Source: Planctomycetota bacterium
GTDB lineage: Bacteria; Planctomycetota; UBA1135; UBA2386
DNA: 51,057 bases
NCBI GenBank assembly: GCA_036338025.1
Contig: JAYZDB010000034.1
Coordinates: 1-51,057, forward strand
Direction of reading: 5' to 3'
Shown one piece after another: positions 1-8,953 of the stretch; the first letter of the stretch is position 1, and the number at the start of each line of letters is the position of its first letter. The translations under genes and the position numbers were made by a program. The notes beneath the pieces are model-generated. The model was not told the DNA's origin and searched no databases. It worked only from the letters and a program-made list of their open reading frames with translations.

Positions 1-230
1 ACATCACCGCGGAGACGATCATCCGCAAATGCCTCACCCTGCGCGGGGTCCACAACTACGCGCCGGATCACCTCGATGCTGCGCTGGCATTCCTCGAGCG
101 GCAAATCCACCACCTGCCATTCGAAGCGCTGGTCGCTCCGCCCGAACATCTCGAGAACCTCGCAGCGGCGATAGAGCTCGCTAAAACCCATCAATGGGCA
201 CGCGTCTCACTCGATACGAGCACCGCCTGA
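1..230 (+). CDS. 3' end of an upstream gene (partial); the tail resembles the C-terminus of a zinc-type/MDR alcohol dehydrogenase
   Basis: The frame is open from the window edge (codons from nt 3) and translates to ITAETIIRKCLTLRGVHNYAPDHLDAALAFLERQIHHLPFEALV...WARVSLDTSTA, with TGA at 228-230. It is absent from the ORF track because no start lies in the window. The family guess rests only on the RGVHNY...AL.FL pattern. Confidence 0.4.
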   Translation, partial: ITAETIIRKCLTLRGVHNYAPDHLDAALAFLERQIHHLPFEALVAPPEHLENLAAAIELAKTHQWARVSLDTSTA

Positions 231-382
231 ATCGCTGCAACGAAATACCAGCAGCAACGACCCGAACAGGGGGCGCGAGACCCCCCGTGCAGCAGACTCA
301 TGTCGATGGAAGGAAGTTTGCTTTCCGGGCATCACCATTCTCTAATCCACTCGTTCGCGTCAGCATCCCCCCCCCTGTTCGC

Positions 383-3169
383 ATGCCGTCGAAATACACC
401 TTGGTGCTTCTCGCCCTCGCGCTGGGCACCCCACTCCTCGCTCAGCACCCCATCGTTCCAGGTGTGGAGCGACTGCGCTCACACAGATCATCGACTCCTT
501 CTGAACGAGGCGTTGTCTTGCTCAGCGAACTTTCCTGCACTGCGTGTCACGCGGCCGGGGGCAGCGGAACCTACCTGCGCAGGCGGCAGGCACCCGACCT
601 GAAGAAAATCGCCTCACGCGTCACTGTGAGTTGGCTGAAGAGTTTCTTGGCAGATCCACACAACATCAAGCCAGGCACCTTGATGCCAAAGTGGCAGCCT
701 GACGCCGACGCCGCAACGCGAGAGTCCTACGCCGATCTACTGGTGCATTACCTGACCTCGCGCAGCAAGGGCCTCGCCATGAGCAAGACGGTTGCCAGCG
801 AAGCCAAGATCGCACGGGGCCGTCAGCTGTTTCAATCCGTTGGGTGCGTCGCTTGCCATGCGCCGATAGACGGGCGCAAGACCGAGGTCTCCAACATCCC
901 ACTGGGAAAACTGGCCCACAAGATGACGGTCGAATCACTCTCGGCATTTCTGCGCAACCCGCAAGCCGTACGACCAGCCAGCCGCATGCCAAATCTGCGA
1001 CTCGATGACAAAGAAGCTGAGGCAATCGCGATGTTCTTGCTGAGAGAGCAGGTCGAAAATCCGCAGGCGGCAGAGGTTGAGCCTCCATCACGCCCAGGCC
1101 TGGCCTTCGACTACTACGAGATCGAATCAGCGGCAATGCCCGACTTCGACAAGGCCAAACCACGCGCCCAAGGAATCGTCGAGAAGGTATCGAACAAGGT
1201 CCCCAACATGACCCGGCAGAAGCGTTACGCCCTGCGCATGCATGGAGATCTCAAGACCCCGAAGAAAGGCGTCTACACCTTCTCGATCAACTCCCTTGGT
1301 GAGTCACGCCTGCTGATCAATGGCGATGTCGTGATCGCAGACGGAACCAAACAACGCTCAGGCGAGGTAGATCTGTCCAAGGGGCAACACCAGATCGAGG
1401 TCGAGTATTTCCACTTCAAAGGCAAGCAGAGGTTGCGCCTGCAGTGGGCGGGTCCCGACATCAAAAAACGTGACATTCCTCCCAACGCTCTCTCCAACCG
1501 GATCGGCAAAGCACTGATTCCCCTCGAGAGCCCGATCGGAGCTGACGCCAAGAAGTTCGGCCGGAACAAAACCAAGGTGCAACGTGGTGGCAATCTGTTC
1601 GTGAAATTGGGTTGCGCTGCATGTCACGAACCCGCAGCCAACAAGACGGTAGCGACACCTCTTGCCAGGCTGGATCCAGACAAGCCCGGGTCCTGTCTCG
1701 ACGCCAATCCGACCGGCGGCGCCGTGGCCTTCGATCTGTCATCCGTGCAGATTTCTGAGTTGCGCTCAGCCTTGAAGAACCGTGCATGGTCCAAGAAACC
1801 CGATTCCGAATCCCAGGTACGCCAACTCCTGGCAGCGTTCAACTGCTACGCATGCCATCCACGCGACGGGATCGGCGGTCCGATGGAGCCGCGTGAAAAC
1901 CTGTTCAAGACCAAGATCAGCATCGACCTCGGGGACGAAGGGCGCCTACCGCCCACATTGGACGGTGTCGGCGACAAATTGAAGCCGCAGGTGTTGGCGA
2001 AAATCCTCAGCGATGACGAACATCACATCCGAGGCGAGTTCATGGCGACCCGGATGCCTGGCTTCGCAGGCGAGATCAAACTCATCGCCCAACACCTCAT
2101 CGCCTCCGATCGCAAGAAACTCGTCCGCACGCCGACGGTTTTCAGTCCCGAGGCCGTCGCCGCCGGCAAGCGCCTGGTCGGCGTCACTGGATTTGCCTGC
2201 GTGACTTGTCACAACGTCAACGGAGACCGGTCAGCAGCGATCCCCGGGATCGACATAGCAAGCACGACAAAGCGTTTGAACCGGGATTGGTTTCATCGCT
2301 ACCTCACCGACCCACCGACTTTCCGGCCCGGCACTCGCATGCCCGCGTTTTGGGCTCAGGAGCAATCTGCGTTCACGGACTTGCTCGGCGGATCATCGAC
2401 CAGGCAGATGGATGCAGTGTGGAGTTACCTCTCACTCGGCAAGTCCATCCCAGCACCTGAGGGCATCCAAAAAGCCAGCGGTCGCCCCAAGATGGAACTC
2501 ATTCCGCAAGACCAACCGATCTTGCACCGCAGCTTCATGAAGGACGTCAGCCAGCGTGCCATCCTGGTGGGCTACCCCGAAAACCTGCACGTCGCCTTCG
2601 ACGCCCAATCCGTCCGCCTGGCGAAGGTCTGGCGTGGGCGATTCTTCGACGCCTCGGGAGTGGCCAGCGGTCGAACGGATCGCTTCTACGGACCGCTCGG
2701 CAGCGAGGAACTGCTGTTGCCTGCACCGGCATTCGCGGTCCTGAAGGACAACAAGAGTCCCTGGCCGACGATTGGCAAGGGCGAACGCAACATCGGGGGA
2801 GACTTCCTCGGCTACCGATTCCCCAAGGACCGGCGTCCTGTGTTTCGGTACAAACAAGGTGGCTTCGAGATCCAGGAGCAACCCATTCCCATCCTGCAGC
2901 CGGGCGGCGCCGTGTTGAAACGCAGCTTCGTGCTGGTTCCAGGCAAGAATCCAAAGGACCTTCACTACCTCGCGTGGCGAGGCAAGAACATCAAGAAGGT
3001 CGCGGAGCACAAGTGGCAGTCCGGCGGTGTCGGCATCGAACTGAGGATCGACATGGACCACGACGTGATCATCCGTCCGGCAGGAGACCAGCAGGAGATG
3101 CTGATCTTCATCGCCGCCAACGACATGAAGAAAAATACCAATCGCTTCGAGGAGATCATCCGATGGTAG
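383..3169 (+). CDS. Secreted penta-heme c-type cytochrome with an internal PA14-like domain (planctomycete-type heme-binding/dehydrogenase-associated protein)
   Basis: ORF 194..3169. I moved the start to the ATG at 383 (MPSKYTLVLLALALGTPLLAQ, a signal peptide). There are five CxxCH motifs: CTACH, CVACH, CAACH, CYACH and CVTCH. A PA14-like block (GVYTFSINSLGESRLLINGDVV...HQIEVEYFHFKGKQRLRLQWAGPDI) lies at about nt 1230-1480. Confidence 0.85.
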   Translation: MPSKYTLVLLALALGTPLLAQHPIVPGVERLRSHRSSTPSERGVVLLSELSCTACHAAGGSGTYLRRRQAPDLKKIASRVTVSWLKSFLADPHNIKPGTLMPKWQPDADAATRESYADLLVHYLTSRSKGLAMSKTVASEAKIARGRQLFQSVGCVACHAPIDGRKTEVSNIPLGKLAHKMTVESLSAFLRNPQAVRPASRMPNLRLDDKEAEAIAMFLLREQVENPQAAEVEPPSRPGLAFDYYEIESAAMPDFDKAKPRAQGIVEKVSNKVPNMTRQKRYALRMHGDLKTPKKGVYTFSINSLGESRLLINGDVVIADGTKQRSGEVDLSKGQHQIEVEYFHFKGKQRLRLQWAGPDIKKRDIPPNALSNRIGKALIPLESPIGADAKKFGRNKTKVQRGGNLFVKLGCAACHEPAANKTVATPLARLDPDKPGSCLDANPTGGAVAFDLSSVQISELRSALKNRAWSKKPDSESQVRQLLAAFNCYACHPRDGIGGPMEPRENLFKTKISIDLGDEGRLPPTLDGVGDKLKPQVLAKILSDDEHHIRGEFMATRMPGFAGEIKLIAQHLIASDRKKLVRTPTVFSPEAVAAGKRLVGVTGFACVTCHNVNGDRSAAIPGIDIASTTKRLNRDWFHRYLTDPPTFRPGTRMPAFWAQEQSAFTDLLGGSSTRQMDAVWSYLSLGKSIPAPEGIQKASGRPKMELIPQDQPILHRSFMKDVSQRAILVGYPENLHVAFDAQSVRLAKVWRGRFFDASGVASGRTDRFYGPLGSEELLLPAPAFAVLKDNKSPWPTIGKGERNIGGDFLGYRFPKDRRPVFRYKQGGFEIQEQPIPILQPGGAVLKRSFVLVPGKNPKDLHYLAWRGKNIKKVAEHKWQSGGVGIELRIDMDHDVIIRPAGDQQEMLIFIAANDMKKNTNRFEEIIRW

Positions 3170-4629
3170 TGCCACGCGTCACAGCGATCCTCACACTCGG
3201 TCTGGCCCTCACGGCCCAGGACCGACCCAAAGAGGAAACCTACTACCGCATCGTGTCGTTTCCCTACTCCGATGACCGTCCCATGGAGGTGGGTGCGATG
3301 CTGCTGCTGCAGGACGGCAAGCTCTTGATCGGCACTCGCACCGGCGATGTCTGGAAGCTGCACAACCCGTACGAAGAAGACACCTCCAATACCAGGTTGA
3401 CGAAGTGGGCGCGAGGGCTGGCCCAACCACTCGGCTTTGCGGAGTACGAAGGCTGGGTATACACCGCCCAGCGTGGGGAGTTGACTCGCATCCGCGACAC
3501 GGATGGCGATGACTGGGCCGACGAGTTCCAAACCGTGTGCGACGACTGGGCGATCAGCGGTAACTACCACGAGTACAACTTCGGCCCCCGAATCGACAAG
3601 TCGGGCCGGATGTGGGTCACCTTGAACAAGCCATTCGGTGGCGAACCCTATGGCAAGGCCCACTGGCGCGGGTGGGCCGTCACCGTCGATCCCAAGACCG
3701 GCAAGATGAAAGCCATGTGTGCTGGCCTCCGTTCACCGGCCGGCCTCGAAGTAAGCCCCTGGGGCGAGGCCTTCTACACCGACAACCAGGGCGAGTGGTG
3801 CAACGCCAGCAAGCTCTCCCACCTGGAGTTCGGCGACTATCACGGACACCCCCACGGCCTGATCACCAAAGATCTGGCCGGCGAGCCCTTCGCCAGTTTC
3901 CCGAAACCAAAGTCCGGGACCTACATGAAGGACATGCACGAGCAGATCCCGAACTTCAAGATGCCGGCGGTCTGGTTCCCTTACAACAAGATGGGCAAGA
4001 GTCCCAGCGGGATGTGCTGGGACCAATCCAATGGGAAGTTCGGCCCGTTCAGCGGCCAACTGTTCGTGGCAGACCAACACCATGCCTCGGTGATGCGGGT
4101 GTTTCTCGAGAAGATCGATGGTCACTGGCAGGGAGCATGCTTCCCATTCCGCAACGATTTCCAATGCGGAATCACCCGCGTCTGCTGGGGCAAGGACCAC
4201 TCGTTGTTTGTGGGGATGACAAACGCTGGCTGGGGCGGCAAGGGCAACAAGCGTTGGGGCCTGCAACGCCTGATCTGGACCGGCAAGACCCCGTTCGAAA
4301 CCCAGACCATGACCGCCAGATCGGACGGCTTCGTCCTCCGCTTTACCATGCCCGTTGATGACAAGCTGGCCAGTGACCCGGCGCGTTACAAGTTCGAGAG
4401 CTACACCTACAAGCTCGCCAGTCGCTACGGCGGACCCGAAGACGACAAGAAGGAACTCGCGGTCAAGTCCGCTGAGGTATCAAACGATGGCATGAGTGTC
4501 CACCTCGTCGTCGAGGGGCTGCGGGCTGGCTACGTCCACGAACTGAAGATGGACGGTCTCACCGCCAAGGATGGGACCCCCATGCTCCACCCCGAGGCCT
4601 ACTACACCCTGGTCAAGATCCCGAAGTAG
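3163..4629 (+). CDS. Secreted beta-propeller protein, glucose/sorbosone-dehydrogenase-like (membrane-bound dehydrogenase domain family)
   Basis: ORF 2974..4629. The start is set to the ATG at 3163 (MVVPRVTAILTLGLALTAQ, a signal peptide), which overlaps the upstream TAG (ATGGTAG, 3163-3169) and implies translational coupling with the cytochrome gene. Motifs such as LLIGTRTGDVWKL, GLRSPAGLEV and YTDNQGEW are typical of SGL/PQQ-type propellers. Confidence 0.8.
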   Translation: MVVPRVTAILTLGLALTAQDRPKEETYYRIVSFPYSDDRPMEVGAMLLLQDGKLLIGTRTGDVWKLHNPYEEDTSNTRLTKWARGLAQPLGFAEYEGWVYTAQRGELTRIRDTDGDDWADEFQTVCDDWAISGNYHEYNFGPRIDKSGRMWVTLNKPFGGEPYGKAHWRGWAVTVDPKTGKMKAMCAGLRSPAGLEVSPWGEAFYTDNQGEWCNASKLSHLEFGDYHGHPHGLITKDLAGEPFASFPKPKSGTYMKDMHEQIPNFKMPAVWFPYNKMGKSPSGMCWDQSNGKFGPFSGQLFVADQHHASVMRVFLEKIDGHWQGACFPFRNDFQCGITRVCWGKDHSLFVGMTNAGWGGKGNKRWGLQRLIWTGKTPFETQTMTARSDGFVLRFTMPVDDKLASDPARYKFESYTYKLASRYGGPEDDKKELAVKSAEVSNDGMSVHLVVEGLRAGYVHELKMDGLTAKDGTPMLHPEAYYTLVKIPK

Positions 4630-4630
4630 G

Positions 4631-7600
4631 CTACCGACGACGGCCGGATCCGCCGCCCCGTCCAGTCGACCCACCGCCGCGTTGGCTACTTCCACCGCGC
4701 CCAGTCGAGCCGCCACCACGCTGACCACCACGGGTCGAGCCGCCTGCATTCCCACCCTGAGCGCCACGGCTGGCCCGCTCGGCCTCACGCTCTATCTGGC
4801 GCTGCTTCGACCAGGCGTCCATCTCTTCCTTGCTGATCGCGCCGTCTCCGTTGATGTCCGCCTTCTCCATGGTGTTCCAGAATCGGCCAAGCTCTTCCTT
4901 GCCCAACTGGCCGTTGCCATCCCTGTCGAGCCGACCGAACATCTCCGCCGTGCGACCGCTGCCGCCGGTTCCGTCGCCTTTCTTGACCTTCACGATCGTC
5001 GGCACGCCGCTATCACCCGCCACAACAGTCACCTGACCGAGGGTCTCGGCGATTCCGCTGCCTGAGATCGCGTAGGAATACGTTCCAGGCCGGATGTCGC
5101 GGGAGTCGACCTTGCCGCCACGAGTTCGAAGCCTCTTGTAGGACGGTAGACTGCGCCACTCAGAGGTCTTCTTGCCAGCCGCTTCACCCGTCACGACCAG
5201 GGCGACGGAAGCTCTTGAGACCGGCTCGCCGGTCTCTTCAGACTGGATCGTCAACTGCAACCGACCGGTCTGGAGTGCGATCTGACGATCAACGGCCATA
5301 CCGGATACGACGAGGATCTTCTCCTGGTGCAGAGCGCTACCGGAACTGCCGCCAAAACGACTTCCGCGTCCACCACCCCGGCCCGATCGACTGATGGACA
5401 GATCGTATTCACCAGGCGGTACGTCCTCGATCTCGAACCTACCTTCCCGGTCAGCGGTCGCCCGCAAGGTCTGCGCCGAAGAACCACCACGGCGACCACC
5501 GCGGCGACGCTGCGACGAATCGCCAGTCGCCGGATCCGGGGTTGCGACCTTCAGAGCGATGCGAACTTCAAGGCCACGCGCAGGTTCCAGATTCAAGGTG
5601 ACCAGACCCTTCACGGATCCCAGGTGTTGGCCTTCGAGACCCGCGTTGTACTGAATCTCGTCGCCCTCCCTGAGGATCAGGTCCGGACGGTCGCGCAATT
5701 TCTCAATATCCAGGCCGCCACTATCACGGCTTCCGAAGCCGCCCCGTCCGCGGCCTCTGCCGCCTCGATCTCGACCGCTACTGGAATCCACCTGCACAAA
5801 GTAATCACCGGGCTCAAGACCTTTGATCTCATAGGTGCTGTCCCGTCGGTCCACCCGAGCGGTCTTCTTGGAGCCGTCCTTGTGGGTAAACACGACCGAA
5901 ACCCGCTCGCCTTCTTCGACATTGACGACCTTGCCAAAAACCCGGGCGCCACAAAGCAGTTCGACACGGACATCGCTCTCCTTGCCCGACTGCACGATAA
6001 TCACGGTCGGAGGTTGTTCCGGGTAACCGTCAACCCGGACTCCGAGCAGATACTCGCCAGGAAGCTGCCGATCGAGCTCAAACCGACCTTCGTCATCAGT
6101 GCGGTCATCATCGATCCGACGTTGCCCACGAGACGCGTTCTCGTTGGATCCGCCAGACCGACGCATACGATTCATCATCTCCGAGAACCGGTCGCTACGG
6201 TCATTGCGTGATTCACGACTACGGTTGTTCGAGGCTGTCGATTTCGCCTGCTCAAGCGGAGGCAGCATCAATTCGACACGTGCCCGCCTGACCGGCTTGC
6301 CGGTCTTGGGGTCCACCACCTGACCAACGATCCTGCTACCGGGCATAAGCTGTACCAGCAGAGGTTCTTGCTCCTTGCCGATCTCCATCTGCACGACCGC
6401 CGCGGCAACCTCCACGTAGCCCGGACCATCGACATCGATGGCATAAAAGCCCGGCTCGAGCTCATCCAGGGCAAACTTGCCGTCTGGGTGCTCCGACGCC
6501 TCGGGCGTACGGCGCGGAACTTCGCCAGTTGGACCAAGCCGCTGTTTCAGGTAGGAATCAACCCGGGTCTGCAGAGCGGCTCTTTCAGCTCTGCGAGCCT
6601 CCGCCTCGGCAGCACGCGCCTGTGCCCTGGCGACGGCTTCCGGATCGTTTGCGTCAGTCCTGCGACCTCGCCGGTCGCCTCGGTCTTCACGACCGGTTCG
6701 GCGTTCGTCAGAACTATTGCGGTTGGGGTCACGCACCGAACGAGCACGTATTCCATAGACCACTACCGGCTGACCGGTTGTCGCGTCGACAACGGTACCG
6801 GTCAAGATCAGGTTCTTGACCAGACGGACTTCCATCTTGGGTTCGTCCGACGCCTTGAGATCATTCCGAACGTGCTCGATGTAATCATCATGCTCAACCT
6901 TCAGCCGGAACCCCGCGTGTGGTAGCGAGTCCAGAGCGAACAAACCACTCTCATCCGTCTTGGTCTTCTCCGAACCACCCCGACCACCACGCCCGCGGCT
7001 GGCCATGAACTCTGCGATCTGATCAGGCATCTGCCCGTTACCGAAACCACCACGGCTGGCCATGAGTTCTGCGATCCGGTCAGACATCTCCCCGCTACCG
7101 AACCCACCACGGCTACTGCGTCCTCCACGACCACCACGACTACCGCGGCCGCCGCGATCGCGATCTTGATTGCGATTCCCTGCCTCTTGGGTTGCGTTCT
7201 TCGGATCCGCTTGTTCCTGGGCTGCCTCGGCCTGGCTGACGGCCCGCGTCCACGACGCTTCGACCTTCGCATTGGCAATCGGGTTGCCGACTTCATCCAG
7301 AACCACTCCACTGACGGCGGCGCCGATTCCCAGCTGGACCCGCGCATCTCCGAAACTCTGCCCTTCCTGCAGTTCGAACTCTGGTGAAGTCCCAGGCAGA
7401 TGTTTGTCTGCTTCAGCACGCGCAACAAACTTGCCCGCGCTCACGCGTTGGAAGGTGAAGTGTCCCTTCTCGTCGGAGGTCACCGAGGGTGTCCGAGTGC
7501 GGCCCGAAAACATACTCGTGAAATCGAAGCTACCCCGCTCGCCAAATCCGCCACGACTACGGCGGCCATTGGAGTCATTACGAGTACCACCTTGTCCACG

Positions 7601-8461
7601 GTCTCTACCGCGACCCCGATCACCAGCCTCGCTTCGACCACCATCCTGACCGCGCTGACGTCGTTGCCCTGACTCGCTCTCCTCACCCCGACCGCGACCT
7701 CGACTACGACCGTTGGAACGGAGACGAACCTCGGCGTTGGGAACCGGCCGATCGAACTCGTCGACAACCACGCCTGCGATTACCGCACCTCGTTCCAGCA
7801 CGATGTCCTGAACCGCGTCCGTCTCCTTGCCTTTCTCCGCCCGGCGACGAACCGTCTTGGGCACGTAGACCTCGTGATCTACGCGCAGCTCAAACGAACT
7901 TCGGGTCGGAAAGTAGCCCTGAAGTTCGAACCTGCCATCCTCGTCGGTACGCACCGCGCCGGGTTGCTTCTTCATCTGGAACTCTGCCAGACGATTCCGG
8001 AATCTCTCTGTAGCTGACTCGGCCTGCCCTTCTCTGGCGGCGCCAGAATTGGTCTGCCCGCGCCGACCACGGTCCCGGCTACCTCGATCACCGCGCTCGC
8101 CTCGGTCCCGCTCGCCGCGTCCACGACGACTCATCCCCGAGAGGGACATACCGCGGCTAAACAATGCCACCTCGGCATTCACGACCGGTGCCGAAGTCCT
8201 GTCGATCACCCTTCCCATCAGCGTGACGGTCATGCGATCGCCAGCCTGCTCCGAATCGACCCGCTCGCGCTCCTCGTCGGTAGAAGGATCGCGCGTCGAA
8301 TCCATCTCGATCTCACGCACGTCCTCGTCGGAGGTCTCGCCCCCGTAGACTGACGTGTCGCCTGGGGCCAGCATCGGGCCATCGTCAGACAGGGCATACG
8401 CCAACGCCAAGCCACCAAAAACGACGAGCGAAACAGGGAGTATGAGCAGACCTTTCTTCAT
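4631..8461 (-). CDS. Giant secreted or anchored repeat protein: about 7-8 CarboxypepD_reg-like beta-sandwich repeats with Arg/Gly/Asp-rich inserts, a C-terminal EF-hand pair and an RGG tail
   Basis: ORF 4631..8488. The likely start is the ATG at 8461 (MKKGLLILPVSLVVFGGLALAYA). Repeats begin GRVIDRTSAPVVNAEV, GVVVDEFDRPVPNAEV, GVVLDEVGNPIANAKV, GTVVDATTGQPV and GQVVDPKTGKPV, and each resumes with a TDEDGRFEL-type strand. The EF-hand loops are DRDGNGQLGKEE and DINGDGAISKEE (about 4790-4939). The RGG tail lies at 4634-4774. Confidence 0.85.
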   Translation of the reverse strand: MKKGLLILPVSLVVFGGLALAYALSDDGPMLAPGDTSVYGGETSDEDVREIEMDSTRDPSTDEERERVDSEQAGDRMTVTLMGRVIDRTSAPVVNAEVALFSRGMSLSGMSRRGRGERDRGERGDRGSRDRGRRGQTNSGAAREGQAESATERFRNRLAEFQMKKQPGAVRTDEDGRFELQGYFPTRSSFELRVDHEVYVPKTVRRRAEKGKETDAVQDIVLERGAVIAGVVVDEFDRPVPNAEVRLRSNGRSRGRGRGEESESGQRRQRGQDGGRSEAGDRGRGRDRGQGGTRNDSNGRRSRGGFGERGSFDFTSMFSGRTRTPSVTSDEKGHFTFQRVSAGKFVARAEADKHLPGTSPEFELQEGQSFGDARVQLGIGAAVSGVVLDEVGNPIANAKVEASWTRAVSQAEAAQEQADPKNATQEAGNRNQDRDRGGRGSRGGRGGRSSRGGFGSGEMSDRIAELMASRGGFGNGQMPDQIAEFMASRGRGGRGGSEKTKTDESGLFALDSLPHAGFRLKVEHDDYIEHVRNDLKASDEPKMEVRLVKNLILTGTVVDATTGQPVVVYGIRARSVRDPNRNSSDERRTGREDRGDRRGRRTDANDPEAVARAQARAAEAEARRAERAALQTRVDSYLKQRLGPTGEVPRRTPEASEHPDGKFALDELEPGFYAIDVDGPGYVEVAAAVVQMEIGKEQEPLLVQLMPGSRIVGQVVDPKTGKPVRRARVELMLPPLEQAKSTASNNRSRESRNDRSDRFSEMMNRMRRSGGSNENASRGQRRIDDDRTDDEGRFELDRQLPGEYLLGVRVDGYPEQPPTVIIVQSGKESDVRVELLCGARVFGKVVNVEEGERVSVVFTHKDGSKKTARVDRRDSTYEIKGLEPGDYFVQVDSSSGRDRGGRGRGRGGFGSRDSGGLDIEKLRDRPDLILREGDEIQYNAGLEGQHLGSVKGLVTLNLEPARGLEVRIALKVATPDPATGDSSQRRRGGRRGGSSAQTLRATADREGRFEIEDVPPGEYDLSISRSGRGGGRGSRFGGSSGSALHQEKILVVSGMAVDRQIALQTGRLQLTIQSEETGEPVSRASVALVVTGEAAGKKTSEWRSLPSYKRLRTRGGKVDSRDIRPGTYSYAISGSGIAETLGQVTVVAGDSGVPTIVKVKKGDGTGGSGRTAEMFGRLDRDGNGQLGKEELGRFWNTMEKADINGDGAISKEEMDAWSKQRQIEREAERASRGAQGGNAGGSTRGGQRGGGSTGRGGSSQRGGGSTGRGGGSGRRR
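6994..7107 (-). repeat. Imperfect 57-bp tandem duplication (2 units) inside the giant repeat gene
   Basis: Unit 6994-7050 and unit 7051-7107 differ at roughly 9-10 positions by eye. They encode MSDRIAELMASRGGFG / MPDQIAEFMASRGRGG (a 19-aa period). Confidence 0.8.
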
Positions 8462-8953
8462 CGGGCTAAGTCTCCGGTAGAACAGCACCTACAAAACGCC
8501 AAAACACCGACGGAATACACGTGCTCCAGGCCTCTTTGGTGCATTGGTGCAAGCCCGTTACGCCGACGCGGCGGCAACAGAGACAGACACCCCGGACCGG
8601 CACCAATCCGAACCCTGCAAGACCGGGCAGCATCCAACTGCTTGTCTCCCTGGATCCGATGAACTCGGTAGAGCTGGAGCACGACCGGGCGGCAGCGGGC
8701 AGGCGCCCCGAAATCACCCGTTTTGGAACTCAGGCGTAACTACCAGCTTAGGGCCAGGGTCACCCCGAGGGCCAGCCCCCACGGACCCGGTCCGGGCCGC
8801 AAGGTTCTCCGGAGCACTTGCACAACCAACTTATTGGCAACCTCTTAGGGTCGATCCAAAAAGAAGCAGAAAGCCCGTACTGCCCGCTGCCAGTACGGCA
8901 GTTGTGCCTTTTGGACACAGTCCGCCCCCTGCGCAACCACAACACGACCAACC

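Noticed and set aside
194-382. The upstream 63 codons of ORF 194..3169
   Set aside because: They encode no signal peptide or domain. The Met at 383 begins a textbook signal peptide, and 194-230 overlaps the end of the preceding gene.
4634-4774. Repetitive GGxGGxCG-type DNA at the 3' end of the giant gene, as a possible non-coding microsatellite
   Set aside because: The repeats stay in frame with the upstream EF-hand domain and encode an RGG tail up to a normal stop, so this is coding low-complexity sequence.
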